Position numbers and translations under genes: made by a program. A stretch of DNA of 63,790 nucleotides, filler included, from Aduncisulcus paluster (lineage: Eukaryota): the NCBI GenBank assembly GCA_024181965.1. It is 12 parts of 12 records of this genome, joined end to end, with 100 filler letters (N's around TTAATTAATTAA, not from the genome) between each part and the next. Parts side by side here need not be neighbours in the genome. Positions count along the whole stretch, not along the records: positions 20,632 to 36,958 come from BQXS01011351.1; 11 more parts are not named here. One strand, written 5' to 3'. The notes beneath the pieces are model-generated. The model searched no databases, was not told the DNA's origin, and saw only the letters and a list, made by a program, of their open reading frames with translations. This document shows positions 20,633-32,102 of this stretch, one piece after another; the first letter of the stretch is position 1, and the number at the start of each line of letters is the position of its first letter.

Positions 20633-22963
20633 AAGGAAGACATTGACTTTTCAAGCAAAATTCTTGTCGATACCTTCAATTCAAAGGAAAACATAAGTTA
20701 CCAGGTCATGGATAAGTCGAAATTCCTTGAGTTTGTCTCAAGAGTTCTCGGTGAAGAGATTTATCTGAAAGACCAAGTGGAGGAGGAGAAAGAGAAAGAA
20801 AGGAAATTGATGGAGCGTCGTTTAAGGGTAGAGTGGGAGCTCGACGATGAATATGAAGAGGAGGAGGAAGAGGAAGAAGGGAAGATGCAATCTCATATCA
20901 TACCAGCTGGTGGATCTCCCAATCAATCATCTGGACAATGGCATGATGTTCCAGCATCCCTTGTCTCCACTGATCCCCATTCACACCCATCAGTTGATGG
21001 TAGTGTACCTTATGATCTTACTTCTGCCTTTCTTGCCAGCTCTAAGGTTACAGTAGATAAACCAAAGTCGCTACAACGGAAGGCAGGGTCTATTGTTGTG
21101 AGAGATGTGGGATGCCAATTCTCTGGTTTATCCCAATCTTCTCAGCCCGGTGCAGCTAACCTTGCCAAATATACTCTTTCTCTGCCTTTGGCTGGAGGCA
21201 CTGCTGGTTCAACCCATCTTTCTGAAGGAGTTGGCATCATGGACAAGCCATTACTCTCTCCGACAAGCAGGAGGGCCAGTAGTATTGCTAAACGGAAGGC
21301 AGGGTCTATTGTTGTGAGAGATGTGGGATGCCAATTCTCTGGTTTATCCCAATCTTCTCAGCCCGGTGCAGCTAACCTTGCCAAATATACTCTTTCTCTG
21401 CCTTTGGCTGGAGGCACTGCTGGTTCAACCCATCTTTCTGAAGGAGTTGGCATCATGGACAAGCCATTACTCTCTCCGACAAGCAGGAGGGCCAGTAGTA
21501 TTGCTAAACGGAAGGAGCGGTCGATATTCCCTTCTGGGGAAGTCCTTGTTGTTGATCTGCCCTGCCAGTTCCACAGTAGACTTGGCAAGACCCTCTGTCT
21601 GGGCGAGAAGGTCAAGGAGAAGAGCATCGATGAAATGGGCAAACTTCTACTCTTTACTATGAACGAAATGGTTCAGAATGGTCCCGTTGAGGAACATATT
21701 AAGGGATTTCACAAGATTCCACCACCAGAAAATGTTGCTTCATCTTCCTCAACAACTGTGACCCCTCTCCTCTCTTCCTCCTCGCCGCCACCTTGCTGCT
21801 TTGGAGAGTTTCTTGTTGATGCCGTTCGACGCCAATGTGGGACAGGTAAGCTATTTTTAGATACTATTCTCAGTATTCTCATTAAACTGGAGAACATTAA
21901 AGGATTTGGTAGTTCTGGTCTAAATATATCTGGAAGTTCTAGTTATCGAAAACGTCGTGAAAAAGATGATTCCAATAAGTCATATTCATTCCTATTTGTT
22001 TTTTCTTCATATTTACTCCATCTTTCTATCACCGAAACTCATACTCTTAATTCTTGTATTAACTTGATGAACAGATTCAGGACACCACACCCATCATATC
22101 CGACTAAACTCCTGCTTTCACTTGAGGTCAATTCACAGCAAGCCCTCAGAACAATCTCCAGCTGCCTGTGTCCCCTTGTCCTCGCAGGACTATGTGGGGA
22201 TGAACTAACAATGGTCTTTGAGGATTGGGGATTGAAAAGTGATCGTATTGTTAGCGTGTTTGACGTTGTTCTCAATTCAATGTCTATTTTTAGATCAGGA
22301 ATGAAGAAATTACGAAAATATGTTGTTTGTCTCTTCAAGGTCATCAGTGGAATGGAACCATGGATGAAACAACAATCCGATTTCTCATTGGATATATACA
22401 ATGACGCAGAAGAAGGGGAGAAAGTGATGCAAAAGCAAAGGGAAGGGACACTAATAACTGAGCTTATGACCCCTAATTATGAAATTGATGACGATTTCTT
22501 AAAATCATTCGATATTGGACTTTCTTGGAATGAGTTTGCCTTTTGTTGCCGTTTAATCCCAGGCTCTTTCTCAGGCTCCAAAGCGCAACACACCCAACAG
22601 TCACAACTCTGGCGTACAGCTCGACGGGGAACTGCTCTTGCACATGCTGGAGAGAGTGTTAAGCTTGTCTATGAACATGTGAAGTCATTATGCATGCATG
22701 GAATGCCAATAGCCCTTGAAAATGGAGTATATTGTCCCATTATCGCTGATTCTGCCAGTATTTTCATCCCACCTGAACGTGTTGCCGTTGCAACTGAACA
22801 TGTGCGTCATGTTGGAAGAAAACAGGCTGGAATCCTCAATAGTGCCAGATTCCTTGAAGGAATTAAGAGAAAAGAAGAAATGTTTTATTATGAACCTGTT
22901 TGTATTCGTATTATATCAATAATAAGACAATATATTAATAGCGGAGGAGTTTTTGAAATGTAA
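20633..22963 (+). CDS. Divergent ORC3-like protein (5'-truncated)
   Basis: Frame is open to the contig edge. [24 protein letters not shown] resembles ORC3 [35 protein letters not shown]...YPTKLLLSL resembles VLQDFIIISSQ...FPLILIFGI; the C-terminal RRGTAL...VKLVYE is compatible with the ORC3 winged helix. By-eye similarity only. Confidence 0.45.
   Translation, partial: [776 protein letters not shown]
21075..21506 (+). repeat. Perfect 216-nt in-frame tandem duplication (72 aa)
   Basis: 21075-21290 equals 21291-21506 ([15 protein letters not shown]...SSIAK twice). Confidence 0.9.
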
Positions 22964-23245
22964 GGTTGATATAAAACTTGTCGCAAAATCGTTTCAGACC
23001 AATATAATATATTTTATAAATATTTAATATTTAATATCTCAACTCAAGTCATATTAGCATCCTCGATTGACTTGAGTGTAAATCATGAATAGACTATACT
23101 GTACTCTACTAGAAATAATGTCCTCTTGCTGAGTCCAATGCCAATGCCATACATGACATAGGGTTATGTTATCGATGGGTTTGATTAAGGGAGGCACAAT
23201 CAATTTCGGTAGATTCAAGAGCAACGATTAGAATTATGAATAAAC

Positions 23246-25057
23246 TCAACAAGCATATACAGTCAAAATACCATTAATATCTCCAACATAAAGCATTCGT
23301 CTTTTCTTGTCATACACAACACAAGAAGTCAGTATTCTGTCCACATATGCAAGAGGGACCATCGGAGTGAGTGTAGTAGTAGGGAGAAGAAACACAACGA
23401 GTTCACCTTCATCAATTTCAGAATATAGAGTACTTCCTGTTGCATCTGAGTCAGAAGAGGAGGAAGAATCGAAGAATGGAGAACAATATGTGTCAGATAT
23501 TACCACGGAATGGCTATGATCTGATTCTGGGGGAATGACATCAGACCTTGAGGCAATTGTTGACAGATCCTGGCAAATAAAGTCTTCACGTNNNNNNNNN
23601 NNNNNNNNNNNAACGAGTTCACCTTCATCAATTTCAGAATATAGAGTACTTCCTGTTGCATCTGAGTCAGAAGAGGAGGAAGAATCGAAGAATGGAGAAC
23701 AATATGTGTCAGATATTACCACGGAATGGCTATGATCTGATTCTGGGGGAATGACATCAGACCTTGAGGCAATTGTTGACAGATCCTGGCAAATAAAGTC
23801 TTCACGTCGACAAAAACCAATGAGTGAACCACAACAGTCGATTAACCCCGGCGTTGACGCATTAAGTCCAACGATTGGGAACGACCGTAAGATATTTCCT
23901 CTGAATGAGACCTGAATGCACGTGGAGGTGTTCATCAGGCAAAAAATGTCAGAACCCTGCGGGAACAAGAATTTTGTGTATGAAGAATCAATATTTACAC
24001 TCGCAATACATTGTTCCTTAGTGTTATCAGTTTCTTCACCTCCGAGAAGATCAAATATCTTCAATTGACCTCTTTCTTGTTTAAAAAATAAGCGATTACA
24101 ACAAACTTCAAGAAGAATAATCGCCCCTAGACGATCTTCAACATCAATATGCTGATGGCACACTCGTTTTCCGGTACAAATCCTCCATATGCTCATTTTT
24201 ATCGTCCAAATTATTTCAAGACGAGCTCCATGGGGTGGAAGCTCCATAATACAACCGTTGTCACAAGCTGGAGGCTCCTTAACATCCTCAAATGTCAAGT
24301 GAAGTCGTTTTCTCAGAGGCATCGATAAGATAGTTTCATTACCACGCCATTTATATCGAAGATTATGCTTTCTTTTGTCTTGGATAAGAAGATAACCATT
24401 AGACATTCGTAAATTGACTCTTTTATCCTCAGACATTCGGTAGAGTGGAGAAAACGTCATCGTGTCCCAAACTCGATATTTTTGGTCGATAGGAGTAAAA
24501 GTAAGAGCAAAAGATTGCAATTCATCCCATTCAACGAATCCAGGGGCTGTGATGCATCCACATTCACGAAATACATGGCATCCATGAATTACCTTCTGCT
24601 CGAGCAAAGAGAACTCAGGAATAAACCAAAATGAAATACCTTTTTGAGTAGAAAGAATATTTGAATAGCAAACAATAAAACCTCCTGATTTAGGATCATA
24701 CCACACGGAAGATATGCGATGAAAGGGTAAAGAATTAACGAAACACAAACGACGAAGACGAGAGAGGTGTATTTCAAATGAAAAAGCAACCCCAATTCCA
24801 TTTTCAGAGCAAACAATAACAGTGCGTTTCCCAAAAGTTATTGACACAATTGGAGATCGTTTTCGCATTTGTGGATGTGAAAAAGGATATTTCCCACGAA
24901 ATTCAAACATGTCATATGTTCCAAGTTTATATCCAATCGGTTCTAAATAATACTCTTTACCTCGGATAGATTTTGAAGTCCGTTTCCAAGAGCCGATCGA
25001 CCATTCATTTTCCAAAATACCAGAACCAAGAAAAAGTGAAAAGTTCCGACCATTCAT
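23246..25057 (-). CDS. WD40/beta-propeller-like protein of a conserved uncharacterised plant/protist family
   Basis: RLCFVN..RISSVWYD, PGFVEWD, YRVWD..LY, RLFFKQE..LKIFDL and terminal VVYDKKRRMLYVGDINGILTVY. Residues around 23396-23807 are duplicated by a gap artefact. Confidence 0.75.
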   Translation of the reverse strand: MNGRNFSLFLGSGILENEWSIGSWKRTSKSIRGKEYYLEPIGYKLGTYDMFEFRGKYPFSHPQMRKRSPIVSITFGKRTVIVCSENGIGVAFSFEIHLSRLRRLCFVNSLPFHRISSVWYDPKSGGFIVCYSNILSTQKGISFWFIPEFSLLEQKVIHGCHVFRECGCITAPGFVEWDELQSFALTFTPIDQKYRVWDTMTFSPLYRMSEDKRVNLRMSNGYLLIQDKRKHNLRYKWRGNETILSMPLRKRLHLTFEDVKEPPACDNGCIMELPPHGARLEIIWTIKMSIWRICTGKRVCHQHIDVEDRLGAIILLEVCCNRLFFKQERGQLKIFDLLGGEETDNTKEQCIASVNIDSSYTKFLFPQGSDIFCLMNTSTCIQVSFRGNILRSFPIVGLNASTPGLIDCCGSLIGFCRREDFICQDLSTIASRSDVIPPESDHSHSVVISDTYCSPFFDSSSSSDSDATGSTLYSEIDEGELVXXXXXXXREDFICQDLSTIASRSDVIPPESDHSHSVVISDTYCSPFFDSSSSSDSDATGSTLYSEIDEGELVVFLLPTTTLTPMVPLAYVDRILTSCVVYDKKRRMLYVGDINGILTVYAC

Positions 25058-25566
25058 TGAAATATTTCACGACAAATAATGCACGATTAATTTCAAAATT
25101 CTCCCCAAATCAACACGGTTCGATGAAGTTTCAAAAAGATTGCCGGAAGACGCATATAGGAGAATGGCCACCGGAGCATTAGATTGGCACTGTTCCATTA
25201 AAACAAAAGAATAGATTCCAATATTATGAAACACATTGGAGCATCCCAGAAGAAAAAAGAAGTATTCCAAATCATATTTGAAATAATTATTCATTTGGTG
25301 AATAAAGCCTTCGTCATTAATGATATTCTGGACAAGAAAGGTTTCAAAGAATAAAATAAAAATAATTCAACCTCAATGGATCTGCCTTGATGATGATTTG
25401 AAGGTAATCGGATTCCAATTCACTCCCATCCAAAAAAGCAAACTTATAAAATATATTATTTATTAGTTCTTATTCCATTTATTATCATATCAACCAATTT
25501 CGGTTTGAGGTGTTCGAGAATGTGAGATTTTGCTGTTTGTCGCATTGTTCGAGAAAAAAATATCCA

Positions 25567-26411
25567 ATGGGTCGTGCAAAAATACAACTTTCCATTGAAC
25601 AAGTATGTTTTGGAAAAATAATCCCAATATTTATATTAGATTCTTCATTATGACCCCCACTGTTCCTTCTTGGATAATTTTGAGGGTTCTTTATAAATGA
25701 AGCCTGAAAATCTTTTTATTATTGAATCATTTATTTATATTTTTTGTTTTTAAAAATTTTTCCCTTTCCCAAATTGAGTAGATTCAACCTTTTTTTTCTT
25801 ATCCGATTTCTGAGGCCGCAAAAGTATTAAAATTGAGCAAAACCACTTTAAAACAACGTTGTCGTGAACTTGGAATTGATCAATGGCCTTTTAAAAGAGA
25901 TTATTCGCAAAAAAGAAAAAGGGTTGTCCCGTCGTCATTTGTCAGCTCAATTTCGTTCAATCGACCAGAATCAGTATTAAATACTTCCACTTCTAGTCGT
26001 AAGCGAAGAGTTTCTCGGGAGCTGGAGATAGATACTTCAGAATCGCATCTCTCTGAATCATCTTCTTCCCATTCATCATGTATTTCTTTCTCATCTTCTC
26101 ACATTTTCCCATCTCTACAATTTGTTACTTCAACAAGTTTTTCGTATGATGAATCCCCGAAATCCCCATCCGTATCGGCTTCACCTTCTTCATCATCTCA
26201 GCCACCCTCGATTATCGATTCTTCATGTTTTCATAATGTGGACGAACGCAAAGATGAAACCTCCAGTTCACACCCCTTAATTGATTCTACAAAAACACCG
26301 TTGTCTCATTCAATTTGCCGTAAGAAACACTCTTCAAGTTCACGCCATTCTAATATTGTATCATCTCTTCTTACCGATGCAATTAAGTTGATTTCTGCCA
26401 TGGAAGAATAA
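25567..26411 (+). CDS. RWP-RK domain transcription factor (221 aa, spliced)
   Basis: Exon 25567-25602, intron 25603-25781 (GTATGT...TAG, phase 0), exon 25782-26411. Gives LSIEQIQPFFSYPISEAAKVLKLSKTTLKQRCRELGIDQWPFKR. Confidence 0.9.
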
Positions 26412-27231
26412 TATTTATTGAGTTTTTATTAAAATTTATTAAAAATTCATTGGGATCTGAACATTTTTCACTTGAACTCAGTGAGTATTGATTTTTCAAT
26501 GATTGAGAAAAAAAAATGTATCATTATCCTATAAAATCTACTGCAAAACTATTTTTACAATAGCTTTGTCCCCGAATTACTTAATTATTATGAACAAATT
26601 TTTCTTTTTTTCAGTTCCCTTTTTTTAATTGTAGAACTGTTGATTTACAATTTCTGATTATTGTATTCATAGAACACATCTTCTATATTTGAATTATATT
26701 TCATTTATTCTATTTCTCACGTCTTTTCCGATCTCCTTCCTGCTTTCCACTGTTTTTCTTAAACAGAGGATTATTCCTCCAATCTTTATATATTCCCGTC
26801 ATCATCTTATCTTTGCGGAACAATTTATTATATTTTTTGTTGTTTCTCAGATCCATTATTATAATGGCTCAACATTGAGAACTGTATAACCTCAGTCAAC
26901 TGTTGATATTGGCAAATGAGGGGTTTCCCATTGATTGTTGGGTATTATATTTATTGTTTTATTTAATTATTTTTGCGTATTTTATTTTTTTTCCCCATCT
27001 TGGACTTTTCTTTTTTTTTTTTTTTAAATTTTTGTTGTGAAATCATCACAACTGCTTCAGTTTGTGATCTATGTAACAAAAATAATATCTAAGTAAAAGT
27101 TTCAAGTCACATTCTCCAATATTTCCAACTCACGAAGATCTTCAATATTAGCACCGTCAGTTGACCCAGTTCTTGATAGGGGAGGAATATCCCGGGATAT
27201 CATTCGATATCATCAATATTTAATCAAAAGA

Positions 27232-28203
27232 TCATTCAATTTTATCTGAGAAAAGATAAACTTGGTGTTCAACAGTCTTTTTAGCGACAGTACAAGCGAC
27301 GGAAACGTTGTTTCTGATGAGAGCAATGTTGGCCTTAAGAGCGCTACCACCGGACAGATCATTGACACGTTTCAATAAGAAAGGAGTAACATCCTTACCT
27401 TTAATACCCAATTCCTCGCATTCTTTCAGAGCTCGAGAGATATGAAGGTCAATGACGGCTGAAGGGATTTCATCTTTCTCAGGGATAGGATTAGCAAGTA
27501 AGACACCAGAAGACAACGTTTCGAAGTGAGTGCATATTATATCAGCCGCTTCAGAGGCATCAGCAGCGACCAGAGAACTCTTAACCCCACTTGACCTTGA
27601 ATAAAATGCAGGGAAATCTTCACATCCGACTGATAAAACACACACACCATTCGTCTCCAAAGCCTCAACGGTCTTTGGAATATCGAGAATAGCCTTAACA
27701 CCAGCACTAACAACACAAATGGGACAAGAAAACAGAGCCTTCAAATCAGCGCTTACATCCCAATCAGGTCCACGATGGACACCTCCACAACCACCAGTAG
27801 CAAATACTCGGATTCCAACAAGGGTAGCAATAGCTGAAGTACAAGCAACAGTTGTCCCAGCACTGTATTTCTTTGTCAAGATATAGGGAAGATCACGAAT
27901 GGAACTTTTCATTACAGTTCCTTCCCTTTTTCCAAGGATTTCAAGACTTTCTTCGTTGAGACCAACCTTGATGCGCCCATTGATGATTGCGATGGTAGCA
28001 GGAACACAGTCATTGTCAATACAAATCTTTTCGAGGGATTTCGCCGTTTCAACATTGGCTGGATATTCCATACCATGACTAATTACGGTAGATTCAAGAG
28101 CAACGATTGGAATAGAATGAGATAATGCGTGAAGAACATTAGGATGAATATCAACATATTTCATGATTCTTTTTGTAAGTTGAGCTCCGGGAAACAGATC
28201 CAT
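27232..28203 (-). CDS. psuG: Pseudouridine-5'-phosphate glycosidase (stand-alone)
   Basis: VALESTVISHGMEYP, PATIAIINGRIKVGL, ATGGCGGVHRG, DVSADL, GVKAILDIPKT, VTPFLL. Confidence 0.95.
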   Translation of the reverse strand: MDLFPGAQLTKRIMKYVDIHPNVLHALSHSIPIVALESTVISHGMEYPANVETAKSLEKICIDNDCVPATIAIINGRIKVGLNEESLEILGKREGTVMKSSIRDLPYILTKKYSAGTTVACTSAIATLVGIRVFATGGCGGVHRGPDWDVSADLKALFSCPICVVSAGVKAILDIPKTVEALETNGVCVLSVGCEDFPAFYSRSSGVKSSLVAADASEAADIICTHFETLSSGVLLANPIPEKDEIPSAVIDLHISRALKECEELGIKGKDVTPFLLKRVNDLSGGSALKANIALIRNNVSVACTVAKKTVEHQVYLFSDKIE

Positions 28204-28362
28204 CTTCGTTATTTTATGAATAATAATTAACCACAGGAAATAACAGTAAAATTAGATTTGCAAGCTCTAAACGGTGAATTTACCGGCATAGGAAAAACAA
28301 CCATTTTACTTTAATATTTTGATAAATAAATCAACGAATTTCTTTGAATAGCCAAATAATCT

Positions 28363-30193
28363 CTATTTTAAATCTTCAATACTTTTTTCGATCCCAAAAT
28401 CGGATAATTTATGCCCCTTTTGATAATTTGAACATAGATTCTGAAGGGCAATGATTTGAAGATCGTCTGAATGCTCTTTACCCATCACATACAAATATTG
28501 TACTGTTAGTGTATGAATGATATTAAAAACCTTATTTCCAAGCATTCTAAAAGCTCTAACACTTGTGACCGAATACATTGTCAATATATTATTGCAATAT
28601 GACATCATATTCTTCTTTTTGTTAAATATATCAGCGTACCATGCGAATATCTCATTTGGATCCACAAAGGAATATCCATGAGCGAGCAACCCACAATGAA
28701 ATAAAAACAGCCTTTCACTCCTGTTCTTGTCAAGATTCTCAGCCATATGAGCTTTAAAATACTCTGCTTTCCACTTTAAACATAAAATACTGGGTATTTT
28801 CTCCACGATATATCCCCGGAGACATAGAGCAAAAGCAAGTCCTGGTGATGAGAGAATCTCTAAAAAGGAGTCTGAGGGCACTTGAAAGGCATCTAAAACC
28901 TTCTTATTAGCGAGTTCATGATATATACATACGGCAAAGTGACAGAAAGGGCGGACAGAGGCCGGATCTCCGACACGAACATCGACAAACACACGTTCGC
29001 ACAAAAGTTGAACAACCTTGGCAATGATGACACACAGAACACAGATGGTGCTCTCGTGTTTATGTTCCCTGGGTTGTTCAAGGAATTGATGGAGAGAATT
29101 CACACCTTTTCTCTTAAGGGTAACAAGTTGTTTCCTATGCTCAGGAGCATCACTAGCAAGTTCAGTTGCAAGGTCAGGATCAGCATCCCCATATTTCTTC
29201 AATAAAATTGACATTACAACCTTCAAGAACAAAGAAAGGACGGAATTTGATTCCAATTCACCAAAACTTATTTTCGCTATTGTTTCTCTCATGACCATTT
29301 CAATCCAGTCAATGCTTTCTTTGGGAACAGCCTTGGCACATTTCAACACCAATTTCCGGACAAGACAAATTCTGTAAGCCTGTTCTTTTCGAGCAGAGAT
29401 CCCAATTGCATTAATTATTTTTAATTTCTCATTTTGAACTTCAGTCTTGAGTTTATCGTAATCAATTGACAAATATTCACTATGAACATGCTTGAGGACG
29501 AGAGAATTATCGAACCGCCTCCGTTTTTCTTCAGCTTCTCGTTTCTTTTTCTCTTCAGCTTCTCTCTTTTTTCTATCTTCCTCTTCTCTTTTCATTCGTT
29601 CTTCCTCTTGTTTTTTCTTAATTCTTGCAAATATGACCTTTTCGTTGGTTTGTTCACTTTGGATCCGTTTTTCAAGTGTAGGGAAAAAATCATGGCCAAA
29701 ACAACTAGAAACTTTACCGGATGACCGAAAATTCTCATTATCTTCCTTGAGCTCAGAAAGTAGCCTCGAACTCAGAGATAATCTTCTATTCAACATAATA
29801 TCGAAGAAANNNNNNNNNNNNNNNNNNNNCTTCAGCTTCTCGTTTCTTTTTCTCTTCAGCTTCTCTCTTTTTTCTATCTTCCTCTTCTCTTTTCATTCGT
29901 TCTTCCTCTTGTTTTTTCTTAATTCTTGCAAATATGACCTTTTCGTTGGTTTGTTCACTTTGGATCCGTTTTTCAAGTGTAGGGAAAAAATCATGGCCAA
30001 AACAACTAGAAACTTTACCGGATGACCGAAAATTCTCATTATCTTCCTTGAGCTCAGAAAGTAGCCTCGAACTCAGAGATAATCTTCTATTCAACATAAT
30101 ATCGAAGAAAAAAGGACAAAAATAAACAAAAAACTTCAGCTAAACTTCAAAAAATAAAGGAATTATTGTTAAAACATACACTTCCGGTGCCAT
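28363..30193 (-). CDS. GLE1: mRNA export factor GLE1-like (spliced)
   Basis: Exon 30193-30180, intron 30179-30087 (GTATGT...TAG, phase 2). Coiled coil, then IAKVVQLLCE, IVEKIP, RSERLFLFHCGLL, IFAWYADIFN, LGNKVFNII..QYL matching the GLE1 C-terminal domain. The 29529-30110 region is duplicated by a gap artefact. Confidence 0.75.
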
Positions 30194-30329
30194 CTCTGGT
30201 ACAAAGAATTTTTCTGGCTTCCTTGGTAGAAAAGGCACCGAGCCAAGGAGATGAAAAAATATCGGATTCTCATGTTTTGTTAACATATCTCCCCTTATAA
30301 TCAAAAATAATTCAATACCGTAATATAAA

Positions 30330-31907
30330 ATGAATATTTGGCTCCTTATTTGTTCCGTTGTTGTGATGTTTCTTGTCACAATCGGTGGGATCTATTTTGT
30401 AGCGTATTTTCAACATGAAGAAGATAAACACAGTTCATGGATCTCTAAAATAGTGGTTATTTTATCTGTTGACGCCTGTTTTGGTTTTGTTCTCTTGTTA
30501 CCTTTGGATGTAGCAATGCGAGAGGCCGGTGAGGATAGTGATATAATGAGTGTGATTTGGCAGATCACCAGTATTGTTATTATGTTGCTTGCCCTTGTAG
30601 TTATTCCTTTCTGTTATATGTGGTATAATTCATATGACGGAGAGAGAAGTACAGCTTCTCGTTTTACTGTTACCATTATTTCTTCCATTTTTGTCATAAT
30701 AATATTTGCAATCTTTGCTGTGACATTATATCTACTCATTGGATATGCTGATCTTCCAAGCATCAGCTATGGGGCAGAGTTATCTGATAATGACTCGATG
30801 ACCGCCGAGTGCAGTGATTGTACCTCCATTCCTTCTTCCATTCAGGTAAGAATGTCTCTTCCCCTCTATTGTATTGGTCTCATGTCTTTTATTGGATATT
30901 TCATGTTCATTTTCTTTGGTGGAATTGGCCTTGTTGCCGTGCCATTAGACTGGATCAATGCCTTCAGAACGAGACCCCATCCCATGACCAAGGAAGAACA
31001 AGCTACATGGACGCTTGTGTTCAGAGAAAGAGTGATGAGAATGTTGGCTGTTTGCAACGCTTTCAAAGCAGAACTCGAAAGCACCAATAAGATTAAAGCC
31101 GACGATTCTGAAGAGAAAAGGGCGAAGAAACTTAGGAAATTGAAAATGAACAGACGCCAAAAAATGGTTTTTAATCAGATTAAACAAGCTGCCATTCTCC
31201 TTGAAAAAGATTTCGATTACGTGATGACCAGTCGTGGTCAACGCGAATACAATCCCATTGGCTATTGGTTCAAGCTACTTGGTGGTATTCTTACCGCTGT
31301 TGTCTCTTTAATGTGGCTCTTGCACATTATTTTGTTTATGCATATCGATCCACCCGTCTCTCCCTTCCTCAACTCTGTTCTCATGTATTTCAACAACTTT
31401 AGGTTTGTATCGACAGTTATATACGCTCTTTTGGCCTTTTATCTCCTGTTTTGTGTTCTCAAAGGAAGTATTAAGTTCGGTTTCCGTTTCTTCTTCTTCA
31501 TTTCTCTTCATGAGATGGAAGTCGGAAATACCACAATGAACAGCATGCTTTTCAACATGGCTCTGATGTTATTCTCCTCATTCTCCGTCGTTCAATTCCT
31601 TAACAATGCCTTCTCCTCTTATACTCAGGTCACTTCAGCCCAGATGATATTTGGAACTTCTGTGAGCAATTTACTCTATCTTCGGTATTTCTTCCAGTAC
31701 GCTGACTTTGTGCTTTATGGGGTTGCCTTTATCACCTTAATATACTTAATAATGCGTCCTCACGATAAAAGTAGTGAATTGGAGCTCGAGGAAGAGATGG
31801 AAAAATCTGGGAAATTGGAGAAGATGATAACCGGAAAAGGTGGCCCCAAAAAGGCTCCTTCAAAGTATGTTCCAAAGAGAAAGAAGAATAAGAAAAGGCT
31901 AAAGTAA
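30330..31907 (+). CDS. LMBR1-family multipass membrane protein
   Basis: AYFQHEEDK, VLLLPLDVA, VIPFCYMWY, FGGIGLVAVPLDWI, MNSMLFN; about 9 TM segments. Confidence 0.92.
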   Translation: MNIWLLICSVVVMFLVTIGGIYFVAYFQHEEDKHSSWISKIVVILSVDACFGFVLLLPLDVAMREAGEDSDIMSVIWQITSIVIMLLALVVIPFCYMWYNSYDGERSTASRFTVTIISSIFVIIIFAIFAVTLYLLIGYADLPSISYGAELSDNDSMTAECSDCTSIPSSIQVRMSLPLYCIGLMSFIGYFMFIFFGGIGLVAVPLDWINAFRTRPHPMTKEEQATWTLVFRERVMRMLAVCNAFKAELESTNKIKADDSEEKRAKKLRKLKMNRRQKMVFNQIKQAAILLEKDFDYVMTSRGQREYNPIGYWFKLLGGILTAVVSLMWLLHIILFMHIDPPVSPFLNSVLMYFNNFRFVSTVIYALLAFYLLFCVLKGSIKFGFRFFFFISLHEMEVGNTTMNSMLFNMALMLFSSFSVVQFLNNAFSSYTQVTSAQMIFGTSVSNLLYLRYFFQYADFVLYGVAFITLIYLIMRPHDKSSELELEEEMEKSGKLEKMITGKGGPKKAPSKYVPKRKKNKKRLK

Positions 31908-32102
31908 TTTGATGGTGTCATCGTTAAATTTGCTTCTTAAATCCTACCCTGTTGGGTGTCCATCCAATAAAGATAATAAAAAACCAGTTCTTATTAAATA
32001 TCTGTTTAATTTATTGGGCCTTTTTTGTTTCGAATACACAACAGCTGAGGATTTATTTTATATTGATTGATCTTCCTCTTCCTGTTTTCTGCACGAATCA
32101 AT

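Noticed and set aside
21075-21506. 216-nt duplication as a functional domain repeat
   Set aside because: Perfect identity in a disordered region and a size similar to the gap-overlap artefacts; cannot be separated from misassembly.
25058-25294. In-frame TGA joining ORF 25067-25294 to the WD40 gene, suggesting TGA reassignment
   Set aside because: TGA terminates psuG, UBC and the WD40 gene itself at their expected ends, and family similarity starts after ATG 25057. The standard code fits.
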